Shown here piece by piece: positions 34,669-42,702 of a stretch of 54,136 nucleotides of DNA. Made by a program: the position numbers and the translations under genes. This DNA is from Dehalococcoidia bacterium (lineage in GTDB: Bacteria; Chloroflexota; Dehalococcoidia; GIF9; AB-539-J10): contig JBEKTM010000001.1 of assembly GCA_049516035.1 (NCBI GenBank), forward strand, positions 1 through 54,136. The letters are read 5' to 3'. The first letter of the stretch is position 1. The number at the start of each line of letters is the position of its first letter. Below the pieces are notes generated by a model that was given only the letters and a program-made list of their open reading frames with translations, did not search any database and had not been told where the DNA came from.

Positions 34669-35001
34669 ATGCAGTTTGATAAAATTGTTCGTGACAAGGT
34701 ACCGGATATTATTCGTGAGAAAGGCGGGGGATTTTCCAGCGTCCAAGTTGAAGATTGTCTGGCGGTTGTTTATCTTATTAAAAAGCTCCGGGAGGAAGCT
34801 GACGAGGTTGCCGAGGCAAATGGCAATGATGTGAAAATGGTCGAAGAGATGGGGGATATATATGAGTGCCTGATGGCGATCTGCGATAAAATAAATATCA
34901 ACTTTGAAGAAGTTATAAAAGCATCCGGAGCCAAGGCTATGACGAACGGCGGGTTCAACAAGAATATTATTTTGCTCTGGATGTCAGGTGAAAAGTTTTA
35001 A
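34669..35001 (+). CDS. MazG-like nucleoside triphosphate pyrophosphohydrolase
   Basis: FDKIVRDKVPDIIREKGG ... KLREEADEV ... EEMGDIYECLMAI fits the all-alpha NTP-PPase pattern. Confidence 0.7.
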   Translation: MQFDKIVRDKVPDIIREKGGGFSSVQVEDCLAVVYLIKKLREEADEVAEANGNDVKMVEEMGDIYECLMAICDKININFEEVIKASGAKAMTNGGFNKNIILLWMSGEKF

Positions 35002-35017
35002 TATTTCTTAAGAAATA
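35002..35017. repeat. 16-bp perfect palindrome TATTTCTTAAGAAATA (copy 3)
   Basis: Ends 17 nt before ATG 35035. Confidence 0.9.
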
Positions 35018-35034
35018 ACAGGGAGACGTGAATC

Positions 35035-36633
35035 ATGAGAATAGATACCAGCCTGGGATTACCTAGCCGTTACGAATACTGGAGAGACGACCAGTATCGA
35101 GCGGTTGAGGCAATCACCAAATCAGACAAGCCAATGTTTCTCCTGGATGCGCCCACGGGCATAGGAAAGAGTATAACCGGGATTGGTGCGCATCGGATTT
35201 TAAAGCAAAGGTGCATATATCTTTGCGGCACCAAACAGCTTCAAAATCAGATAATGCATGATTTTTCTGATATTGCAGTAAGTTTGAAGGGGAGAGCTAA
35301 TTATCCTTGTCTCATGAAAGAGACGCAGTTTCCAGAAGTGACCGCGGATGATTGTTCTTATCCCAAACCATCAAGTTGCAAATATTACGATGATTGTCCT
35401 TATTTTTGTGCTAAAGCGGAAGCTAAAAATTCTCCGCTCGTTGTCTTGAATAACGCTTATTTTCTAAACGAAGCGAATGGTGATTTTTCGACATTTGGAG
35501 AGACAGAGTTTTTGATCGCGGATGAAGTTGATGCATTAGATACAGCTCTACTCGGGTATATCGAGTTTACGGTTACGACAAAGCAGCTGGATAAGTTCGG
35601 GTTGCGCCCGCCGGAAAATCCGGAGTACAAGTCGAACTGGATGAATTGGATACCTGGAGTGCTCAAGTCCTTAGGGCCGTGGATCTCGGGTTATAAGGTG
35701 CAGCTGGAGGATACCGACTCCTCTCGGTGGGGGCCGATCGAGATAGAGCTTAACCGGCAAATGAAGAAGATGGACAAGCTTTACGGGAAGCTGTATTTCC
35801 TTAAGAGCGAGGTGGATGATTCCTGGGTCTTCTTCAGCCATGAGACGAAAGACGGCCACGAGTGGGTATTCAAGCCGGTCGTCGTCGGGAAATATGGAGA
35901 CCAGTATCTTTGGAGCCATGGTCAACATGCCTTGGGAATGTCCGGGACGATATTCGATCCGCAGATAACCTGTGTTGATCTCGGTATAAACGATTGTGAT
36001 TACATGAGGCTTGATTCGCCCTTCCCAGTAGAGAACCGGCCGATTTATTATAAACCCGTGGTCAATCTCACCCGGAAGACGATGGACATTGAGCTCCCCG
36101 TTCTTGCCCTTGAGATTAACGATATCCTGGAGAAATACCCGGCGCAGAAAATCCTGATTCATACGGTGAGCTATAAGGTCAGGGATTATCTTTTGAGCCA
36201 TCTTGCTGCACAGTGGCGGCTGGTTACGCATGATAGTCGGACGCGGGAAATGGCGCTCGAAGATTTCAAAAGCAGTAAAGAACCATTGGTAATGTTATCG
36301 CCGTCATTTGATCGTGGGGTTGATTTACCCATAGCTGATAACGTTGGTGCGATTGTGGTCTGCAAAATGCCCTTCATGGACTTATCCGATCCCCAAATAA
36401 AAGCCAGGATGGGTCTTCCGGATGGTGCCAGATGGTATGCTTTAAAAGCCGGCCAGACCTTGGTGCAGCAAACAGGAAGATCAGTCAGGTCGAAAGATCA
36501 GAGATGTGATATTTATATTCTTGATTCTCAATTTTCCCGTCTCCGTCGCCAATTGTTAGATGTTCTTCCGAGATGGTGGTTAACGGCGGTGCAGGAGATT
36601 CCGATTGGTAAGAGGGTAGATCAGCTGCTATGA
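35035..36633 (+). CDS. XPD/DinG (Rad3)-family ATP-dependent DNA helicase with Fe-S Cys cluster
   Basis: DAPTGIGKS (Walker A), LIADEVDAL (box II), four Cys in YPCL...DDCSY..SSCKYYDDCPYFC, and QQTGRSVRS (motif VI). Stop codon is TGA. Confidence 0.8.
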   Translation: MRIDTSLGLPSRYEYWRDDQYRAVEAITKSDKPMFLLDAPTGIGKSITGIGAHRILKQRCIYLCGTKQLQNQIMHDFSDIAVSLKGRANYPCLMKETQFPEVTADDCSYPKPSSCKYYDDCPYFCAKAEAKNSPLVVLNNAYFLNEANGDFSTFGETEFLIADEVDALDTALLGYIEFTVTTKQLDKFGLRPPENPEYKSNWMNWIPGVLKSLGPWISGYKVQLEDTDSSRWGPIEIELNRQMKKMDKLYGKLYFLKSEVDDSWVFFSHETKDGHEWVFKPVVVGKYGDQYLWSHGQHALGMSGTIFDPQITCVDLGINDCDYMRLDSPFPVENRPIYYKPVVNLTRKTMDIELPVLALEINDILEKYPAQKILIHTVSYKVRDYLLSHLAAQWRLVTHDSRTREMALEDFKSSKEPLVMLSPSFDRGVDLPIADNVGAIVVCKMPFMDLSDPQIKARMGLPDGARWYALKAGQTLVQQTGRSVRSKDQRCDIYILDSQFSRLRRQLLDVLPRWWLTAVQEIPIGKRVDQLL

Positions 36634-36851
36634 GAACCGAAGATTCGAATCTTTATAATACGAAGAGATATCGTGGCCAGGATTATACTTCAACCTTCAA
36701 CACTAAATTCTGGACTCCCCAGTGTTCTGAATGTCTTGAGTGTTCTGAGGTTGGTGGTCAGAGTTATTGCGGTTACGGTAAGCAGTCGAAGCGTTTAATT
36801 CATGGAAATCTTGAACGTAACTGCAAGCTAAAAATATTTCTTAAGAAATAA
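36630..36851 (+). CDS. Cys-rich small protein
   Basis: ATGA overlap with the helicase stop. CSECLEC...C motif. Confidence 0.5.
   Translation: MRTEDSNLYNTKRYRGQDYTSTFNTKFWTPQCSECLECSEVGGQSYCGYGKQSKRLIHGNLERNCKLKIFLKK
36835..36850. repeat. 16-bp perfect palindrome TATTTCTTAAGAAATA (copy 4)
   Basis: Overlaps the stop codon of 36630..36851 and ends 5 nt before ATG 36856. Confidence 0.9.
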
Positions 36852-36855
36852 ACTC

Positions 36856-37518
36856 ATGGCAGAACTAAAATATTGTCCAAAATGCAGAATGCTCACTTAT
36901 CAGGAAAGGTGGAAGGGGTATTTCCGGTGCGTGAGCCAGGGTTCGAAATCCGGATGTGGTATGTTTATTCCGTTTGGGTATGGGTTTATCAAAGAGACCA
37001 AGATTTATACAGCCGAAGAAATAGGAATAATTGATCAGCCAGCAGTGCCGGTGATAGAGGAGCACATTATTATGGGCGACATTAATCCAGAGGACGCGAA
37101 GATAATTGTTGAGGCAGACGCCATGACGCAGGAATCCCTTTTGAAAAGGGTGGCTGCTGGCAATGACCGGCTCATGAAGCACTTTGCCAGTATAATGCAG
37201 GAAAAGGATAACGATATTCGGGAATCGCTCATGGACAATTTTCATGACGCTATTAAGCGTCTTAATTTGCTTTGTGGCGTGCTTGAGGCAAAGGGATACC
37301 GTGATTGTCTTTACGTAGAAAACGGGAAAAGAATGCGATCTTGCTTAAATCAGCGACAGGATTGTATTGCGTGCTGGGCCTGCCCGAGTGAGCGGAAATA
37401 CTGGAGTGAAGAATTATTTGGAACGAAAGAAACGCCTAAATTTATTCCTTCCCATCGGGGTAAACAGGTAATGGAGTTTTTGAAAAAGATGGGTAACGGA
37501 AGGCCGGGGCTTGATTAA
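36856..37518 (+). CDS. Hypothetical protein with N-terminal zinc ribbon
   Basis: CPKC...C...C at the N-terminus. 220 aa. Confidence 0.55.
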   Translation: MAELKYCPKCRMLTYQERWKGYFRCVSQGSKSGCGMFIPFGYGFIKETKIYTAEEIGIIDQPAVPVIEEHIIMGDINPEDAKIIVEADAMTQESLLKRVAAGNDRLMKHFASIMQEKDNDIRESLMDNFHDAIKRLNLLCGVLEAKGYRDCLYVENGKRMRSCLNQRQDCIACWACPSERKYWSEELFGTKETPKFIPSHRGKQVMEFLKKMGNGRPGLD

Positions 37519-37520
37519 AA

Positions 37521-37991
37521 ATGACTCAGCTCGTTATCAATACCTTTGACAAAAACTGGCTATCCCTGGGATTCGGGTTTAATGGATATTACGAGCTCTG
37601 GATAAAAGAGAACGTCCAGCCCAGCTTCCGCCGTTATATTCCGTTCCGTCAGCTATGGCTAATTCACATCTCCTATCTCAAAATTTTGATATCAGGAGGG
37701 CGAGAGTATTTTACTGAGGTTGTAGTTGCTCCAGACTTACAGAAATTATTAGACCAGGCTCCTCAAATGTTTCAACCTTCCCGGGTGTTGAAGGAAGAAT
37801 CTAAATCCGAAGTTCTCACTAAGCTATTCGATATGGTGAGCGATAATTATGTTAATAAAGTCTACGATTCGCTTCGTCAATCCTTTCATCCCGATCATCG
37901 AGGGGATCCGGAAGATTTCAAGACGCTAGTTGAAGTTTACGAGAAGCGTAAGAAGAAAATCAAGGGAGGGAATCATGCCAAAACCGATTAA
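37521..37991 (+). CDS. Hypothetical protein with C-terminal J-domain-like segment
   Basis: VYDSLRQSFHPDHRGDPEDFKTLVEVYEKR has an HPD tripeptide in a helix II/III-like context. Confidence 0.5.
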   Translation: MTQLVINTFDKNWLSLGFGFNGYYELWIKENVQPSFRRYIPFRQLWLIHISYLKILISGGREYFTEVVVAPDLQKLLDQAPQMFQPSRVLKEESKSEVLTKLFDMVSDNYVNKVYDSLRQSFHPDHRGDPEDFKTLVEVYEKRKKKIKGGNHAKTD

Positions 37992-38475
37992 TGTTATTAT
38001 CATGGTCGAGCCAGTGGCAAAAGGAAGGGCCAGGGCAGCTGTAATAAAGGGACATGTGCGCGAATACACGCCGGCTAAAACGCGTAATGCCGAGGCTGAA
38101 GTTAGGATAAGTATTCGGGATAATATTCTTCGCACGGTCCAATTTGATCAAGGGCTTGGCCCTTATTTCCCGGTCGGAATGCCGCTGCGCCTTGAGGCGA
38201 CATTTGTTATTCCACGGCCGTCTTCCGCCCCGAAGAGACGACGATTCCCAGTTACCCGGCCGGACGCGGATAATTACATGAAGTTGCTCCAGGACGCCTT
38301 CAATAAATTTCTTTATGTGGATGACGGGCAGCTTACTACCGTTGTGATAAAAAAGAGATATGGGTTAATGCCGGCGATTCAATTGAAGATTAGTGAAGAT
38401 TTAGGTGATGAAGTTCCTTGTGTGGTTTTGGCTAAAGATGCTAAACCAATATTAAATCAAACATCGTTGTTTTAA
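37975..38475 (+). CDS. rusA: RusA-family Holliday junction resolvase
   Basis: RPDADNYMKLLQDAFNKFLYVDDGQL parallels the RusA catalytic D-x-DN ... DD motif. AGGGAGGG RBS before ATG 37975. Confidence 0.75.
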   Translation: MPKPINVIIMVEPVAKGRARAAVIKGHVREYTPAKTRNAEAEVRISIRDNILRTVQFDQGLGPYFPVGMPLRLEATFVIPRPSSAPKRRRFPVTRPDADNYMKLLQDAFNKFLYVDDGQLTTVVIKKRYGLMPAIQLKISEDLGDEVPCVVLAKDAKPILNQTSLF

Positions 38476-38501
38476 AATAGGCAGTATGTAGGGAGGATAA
38501 A

Positions 38502-38735
38502 TTGGATATCAATATTACAAACGCGGTTGGTCAGTGTACTGAATTCAAGGGCGCCGTTGGCGCAAAAAAGGAAATGGTTTCGGTGATTATTTCTCCGCTC
38601 AAGGTAACTGCCGAAGACGATGCTCATATCAAGATTATAAATGGTTGCAATTTATGGCAGGGTTGTTTCAACAAGGCGTGTCAGTTTTCTATAGCCGCAC
38701 GGAAGATTCCCAAAATTAAAGAGGCCGGTAGTTAG
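38502..38735 (+). CDS. Hypothetical protein
   Basis: TTG start after GGGAGG. Last gene before the bidirectional terminator. Confidence 0.5.
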   Translation: MDINITNAVGQCTEFKGAVGAKKEMVSVIISPLKVTAEDDAHIKIINGCNLWQGCFNKACQFSIAARKIPKIKEAGS

Positions 38736-38747
38736 CCGGCCTCTTTG
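38720..38747. terminator. Bidirectional terminator between convergent gene blocks
   Basis: GAGGCCGG / CCGGCCTC stem with T-runs on both strands. Confidence 0.65.
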
Positions 38748-38789
38748 AAAAGCGAAGGGTTATTTATTAGTGATTGATTGCGTTTTACT

Positions 38790-39065
38790 TTACTTTTTTC
38801 TGGCGGTCATTTTCTTACCGTCTTTGCGAGTCCAGGTGCGGGCTTTTCCACCTGCGACACCGCCGCAGGCGCTGATATTGGATTGAATTGTTTTCTGGGC
38901 ATCGCTGAGGGAGTTGGCGGACTGGAGTTTGCCACCCATACAACGAGCGTACATGTTTACTCGGCCGGTATGAGCGATGATAGGGATGCCAAGGATGCGC
39001 CGTGCGTCATGTAGTTTGAGCCCACCGGAAAGGTTGTATCTCTTTTTTGAGGTTTTTGTAGCCAT
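38790..39065 (-). CDS. Small basic protein, paralog of 39083..39250
   Basis: AGGAG RBS. The N-terminus KTSKKRYNLSGGLKLHDARRILGIP matches the neighbouring gene. Confidence 0.55.
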   Translation of the reverse strand: MATKTSKKRYNLSGGLKLHDARRILGIPIIAHTGRVNMYARCMGGKLQSANSLSDAQKTIQSNISACGGVAGGKARTWTRKDGKKMTARKK

Positions 39066-39082
39066 TATTTTAATCTCCTACG

Positions 39083-39250
39083 TTAAGTTTTTGTGCTTGA
39101 TGCTTTATTTTTCTTGTTTGCTGCGTATTCCTGGAATTCGCTCCACTTTAGCGGTGCGTTAGCGGGGAGTCCGAGAATTCGATTGGCATCGTTGATTTTT
39201 ATATCTCTACCCAAGTGGTAGAGTTTCTTACTCTTCTTTACCATCCTCAT
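39083..39250 (-). CDS. Small basic protein (55 aa), paralog of 38790..39065
   Basis: Below the track cutoff. Sequence MRMVKKSKKLYHLGRDIKINDANRILGLPANAPLKW... Confidence 0.5.
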   Translation of the reverse strand: MRMVKKSKKLYHLGRDIKINDANRILGLPANAPLKWSEFQEYAANKKNKASSTKT

Positions 39251-39590
39251 CCTCTTTGCTTTTTAGACTCTGCACCATACAGTCGAGCCTTTCCAGTTCT
39301 TGACGTAAATCTCCCTTCGCATCTTCTCTTATATTATCCATAGTTTCTGCAATAGTCAAGATTTCTTCAGTTTCATAAGCCTCGATAAGTTTTTTTGCTG
39401 GTTCATCTGCTTTTGCTTTTTCCAGATTTCCCAGGTATAATTCTGCGAGTGGTTTTATTCGGCATGGTCGGCATTCGCCGTTCGGGCCGTATTCGAGCGA
39501 AAAATAGTCCTTTAGTGTTTCAACTTTTTCAAGTTTGCAAACAAATGGCTCTTTTGCTACGTTGTTTATTTTTTCTTCAGAATTTGCCAT
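39228..39590 (-). CDS. Hypothetical acidic protein
   Basis: The start is taken at the internal Met (MANSEEK). The track ORF extends to 39638. Confidence 0.5.
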   Translation of the reverse strand: MANSEEKINNVAKEPFVCKLEKVETLKDYFSLEYGPNGECRPCRIKPLAELYLGNLEKAKADEPAKKLIEAYETEEILTIAETMDNIREDAKGDLRQELERLDCMVQSLKSKEDEDGKEE

Positions 39591-39826
39591 TCTGCCGCGC
39601 ACTCCTTTAATGATTTTGATTCTAGGCCGCTCATGCACGTACTCGTGAATTGCTGGTATGCGCTGCGCGGCCTTTTATTTTTTCCGCACAGCTCGATGTC
39701 AATTTCTCCAGAACAGTCGTCAATTTTATCTAATAGCTCATTGATTTCATCGTCTTCAAGAGCTTCTTGGATTGCTATTTTTATTCTTCCAGATAGGCAG
39801 GGAATGCATTTTGGGACCATATTCAC
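39566..39826 (-). CDS. Cys-rich small protein
   Basis: 86 aa. CIPC...C...C and a KRPRSAYQQF segment. Confidence 0.5.
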   Translation of the reverse strand: MNMVPKCIPCLSGRIKIAIQEALEDDEINELLDKIDDCSGEIDIELCGKNKRPRSAYQQFTSTCMSGLESKSLKECAAEWQILKKK

Positions 39827-39911
39827 TCCGGATTAGTATGGGGTTATTCTTTAATTTCTGCTGTTCTTTCCTTGCCGCACATTGGACAATCATTCACGGA
39901 TAGCATTTCTT

Positions 39912-40580
39912 TTATCTGCAAACAGCATCTTTTTTTGAAATCTCACCGGATTTTACTTTGTAAGCTAAAAGTTTGATTTTAGCCATGTCTGGTTTATTCT
40001 CGTCTGTTAATTTTGATTTTTCGGTTGTGGGTTCCGTAAGTACCGTTGGTTTTAGTGGTATTGTTCCTTCGATGGCTTTTCTCATTGAGCGTAATTCTGG
40101 TACCAGGGTGACAAAAAACTCTTTGGGATGTTTGGCTACTTCGTTTGGCCCCCAGTTATATTTGCTGCACCAATCTCTAATATGTTGATAGATTGGTTTT
40201 TGTGACATTGTTTGGAGCTCTTCTGCCGTGATATCCATTTCGTTGGTATGCTTTTGTAGGCAATCACATGGAATATCATTAATTCGAGCACCTTCAAGCA
40301 AATCTTCCACGAGACGCAGTATTTGTCTTATTAGTCTTTTGTCGAGTTGCCGAATGGTCTCTTCGGTAGTCGGTTTACGGAAGGGCTCAATTTTATTTTG
40401 TGTTAATGCGGTGTCAATGGTGGTGTTCAAAGCTAAATTGGTTGGTTTCTCGGGTAGATTTTCTGCCTCTTGTGAGGAGGCTGGGACAAGTTTAAAATGG
40501 TGGGCTACCGCCAGGTGGATGGTGTCGCTGGCGATTTGGCCGCCCGTCTGGAATAACCATGCTGTAAATCTTGGGTCCAT
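39912..40580 (-). CDS. Hypothetical protein, first gene of the leftward operon (apparently leaderless)
   Basis: 222 aa. There is no SD sequence. The ATG lies about 6-7 nt after a TTGACA-17-TTTAAT promoter on the - strand. Confidence 0.6.
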   Translation of the reverse strand: MDPRFTAWLFQTGGQIASDTIHLAVAHHFKLVPASSQEAENLPEKPTNLALNTTIDTALTQNKIEPFRKPTTEETIRQLDKRLIRQILRLVEDLLEGARINDIPCDCLQKHTNEMDITAEELQTMSQKPIYQHIRDWCSKYNWGPNEVAKHPKEFFVTLVPELRSMRKAIEGTIPLKPTVLTEPTTEKSKLTDENKPDMAKIKLLAYKVKSGEISKKDAVCR

Positions 40581-40596
40581 GGCTTAATTAAAAGCC

Positions 40597-40615
40597 TTGA
40601 CAAAGTAAATGTCAA
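40597..40615. promoter_or_regulatory. Palindromic back-to-back -35 elements (TTGACA-N7-TGTCAA) of divergent promoters
   Basis: + strand: TTGACA-17-GAAAAT. - strand: TTGACA-17-TTTAAT, ending just before ATG 40580. Confidence 0.45.
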
Positions 40616-40637
40616 GTAGGAAAATAGGGCTCAAGGG

Positions 40638-40700
40638 GTGTGAAGTGTGAAATCCCGCTGGTGTGAAGTCCTGGGTTTTTTAAATAAAAGGATGTGAAAT
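40638..40700 (+). repeat. Four copies of TGTGAA[AG]T in the rightward leader
   Basis: Copies start at 40639, 40646, 40662 and 40693. Confidence 0.6.
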
Positions 40701-40718
40701 ACGATTAAATGGAATAGC

Positions 40719-41012
40719 TTGCAACGTAGAATAGCCGATTCAGTTCTTCATCACCGCCGGGTCGATAATTCTTATGATTCGAAGCTGGTATTAAGAGATG
40801 TGCCAGGCCACGCCAGTTCGACAATTACCAAGGTTTATCAAGCGTTAAAGGCAAATAATTGGATAATTCCATCAGAAATACCAGAAGAAAAAAATTCCGA
40901 AGTCATCCGGGAACCTCAATGTATTCCCAATCGAAGTAATCCTGTTGTTACTATCAAAGTTAAACCGGAAAGCGGCTCGATTATTGTTACGATAACCGTA
41001 GATAGGCGATAA
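40719..41012 (+). CDS. Regulator-like protein, paralog of the N-terminus of 41014..41553 (start uncertain)
   Basis: QRRIADSVLHHRRVDNSYDSKLV...STITKVYQALKANNWIIP. Homology to the paralog continues upstream to 40704/40692, where no canonical start exists. Confidence 0.5.
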   Translation: MQRRIADSVLHHRRVDNSYDSKLVLRDVPGHASSTITKVYQALKANNWIIPSEIPEEKNSEVIREPQCIPNRSNPVVTIKVKPESGSIIVTITVDRR

Positions 41013-41013
41013 G

Positions 41014-41553
41014 ATGCCAGGAATACAGTGGAATTCAACACAAAGAAGAATTGCAGAATCAATTCTTCGTCATCTTCGTGAGGACAATTCCTATGATTCA
41101 AAATTAGTATCTGCGGAAGTTCCCGATGTTGGTCTTTCAACCATAACGAAGGTTTATAATGCCTTAAAGAAAAATAATTTTATAATACCTCCGTTATTTA
41201 CTAAAAAGATTGAGGAAAAAGTTTCAAAGAATATCGGGAGTGATGGTATTTCCAGTACAGAGCAGCCGGCTGGCGGTGTTGTTACTTTTGAGATCCATGG
41301 TAAAAAGGTGGTAGTTGAAGCCGACGATTATCTCAAATGTTATGATGATTTCCTTGATTTACAACAAATTATAGGTTGGAAAGCTGATTTTTCCTCCACT
41401 GTTCGAGAGGGGATGAAGATGTTCAGGGGGGTAATGGTCAATTTGCTCTCGGGAAGAGATGGGGGAACCGAAGAAGTTCAAAATCAAGAAGAAGACGAAG
41501 ACGAAGGAGACGATGATGCCGGAGGACAAGATAATCCCGGGCTCGAAACTTAG
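41014..41553 (+). CDS. Regulator-like protein with acidic C-terminus
   Basis: 179 aa. N-terminal ~60 aa are paralogous to the upstream ORF. Confidence 0.6.
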   Translation: MPGIQWNSTQRRIAESILRHLREDNSYDSKLVSAEVPDVGLSTITKVYNALKKNNFIIPPLFTKKIEEKVSKNIGSDGISSTEQPAGGVVTFEIHGKKVVVEADDYLKCYDDFLDLQQIIGWKADFSSTVREGMKMFRGVMVNLLSGRDGGTEEVQNQEEDEDEGDDDAGGQDNPGLET

Positions 41554-42700
41554 GCAGGATGCAGCTGACGAAATAACAGAGCGGCTACGCAAATTAAAGC
41601 CAGCGGGAAAAGGGAAAGACGATGGCCAGGGAGGGCAGCAAGGCCCTCGGTTGCTCACTCTTGACGATGCTATCGCTGAAGAAGAAAATAATCAGGCCAT
41701 GGATATTAAAAGGTTAGCCGTAGATGAGATTAAAGCTCGTCACGAGGCCAATATCAGCAAAGCAAAAGAGGAAGCAAAAAAAGCAACGACCAATACTGAA
41801 AATACCCAGAATCCCATGGTCAAGCATTGGTCGGTTATAGAGGGTCAGCCCGTTGAAGATCCCGATGGGCCATACTCTACTTTTGCGCAGGCCCTAATGA
41901 TTGCGAAGGATTCGATAAGATGGGGAATCGTTGATGGTCGTCCGATTGAAGACCCCGAGGGTCCGTATCGCACTTTCGCCCAAGCTCTTCAGGTTGCCTC
42001 GATGGAGCGTTCTGGTCAACAGGAAGCCAAGAGATGGTCAGTTCTTGACGATAAGCCTTTTGAAGACCCAAATGGCGATTATGGTAGTTTTGCCGAAGCT
42101 TACAAAGTAGCTTATCTTAGTATTGAGAAAAAGAAGCTAGAAGCCGAGGTAAAAGCGGTAGACAGCCACAATCACAATGAAGATTCAGATCAGGTTAAAA
42201 TATTAATGGCAAAGCTCAATGCTGTCGAGCAGCAGCTTCAAGTAGCATTGAACCCTTTTGAAATGTTGCGCCGGGCAAAGGAGATGCACGATAATCTTGT
42301 TGAATCCGGTATAATACCCGCGGCTCCTACCGGTGAAAGTCCTGCTAGCGCGATTGAACTTGAGAAAGAAAAGAACCGTCATGCTGAGGAAATGAAGAAA
42401 ATAGACGCTGATGATAAGTATAAGACTTCTATTGCCAATACTGTTGCGGATATTCCGAAAGCGATAGGCGCGGGAGCGGCCGACCGGATTTTGCAGCATG
42501 CGGGTGTTAAGGCGACTCCAGCCGCTGCGATGCAGACTTTTAATTGCACAAAGTGCGGCACGTTAATTACGGTAGGCCCAGAAATAACTAAAATAGATTG
42601 CCCTAAATGTGGTGCTCATTACATGGATTTACCTGACAGTCCGCCTTCAGTTGTTCCCGTTACGCCAATGCCGGAAGCAAATCATGAAGGAGCGCCTTAA
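41513..42700 (+). CDS. Repeat-containing protein with C-terminal zinc ribbon
   Basis: AAGGAGA RBS before ATG 41513. Three W.[VI]..G.P.EDP.G.Y..FA.A repeats. CTKCG...CPKCG. Confidence 0.6.
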   Translation: MMPEDKIIPGSKLRQDAADEITERLRKLKPAGKGKDDGQGGQQGPRLLTLDDAIAEEENNQAMDIKRLAVDEIKARHEANISKAKEEAKKATTNTENTQNPMVKHWSVIEGQPVEDPDGPYSTFAQALMIAKDSIRWGIVDGRPIEDPEGPYRTFAQALQVASMERSGQQEAKRWSVLDDKPFEDPNGDYGSFAEAYKVAYLSIEKKKLEAEVKAVDSHNHNEDSDQVKILMAKLNAVEQQLQVALNPFEMLRRAKEMHDNLVESGIIPAAPTGESPASAIELEKEKNRHAEEMKKIDADDKYKTSIANTVADIPKAIGAGAADRILQHAGVKATPAAAMQTFNCTKCGTLITVGPEITKIDCPKCGAHYMDLPDSPPSVVPVTPMPEANHEGAP

Positions 42701-42702
42701 AT

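Noticed and set aside
39566-39826. An HMG-box-like motif (KNKRPRSAYQQF...ECAAEWQILKKK) in a minus-strand 86-aa protein.
   Set aside because: The match covers only the KRP.SAY..F and W..L fragments, and the spacing is about 8 residues shorter than in real HMG boxes. It is too short to call without a profile search.
40654-40686. An intrinsic terminator or attenuator in the rightward leader (CCCGCTGG...CCTGGG followed by T6).
   Set aside because: The stem is only 3 + 2 bp with an internal loop. The T-run alone is insufficient evidence.
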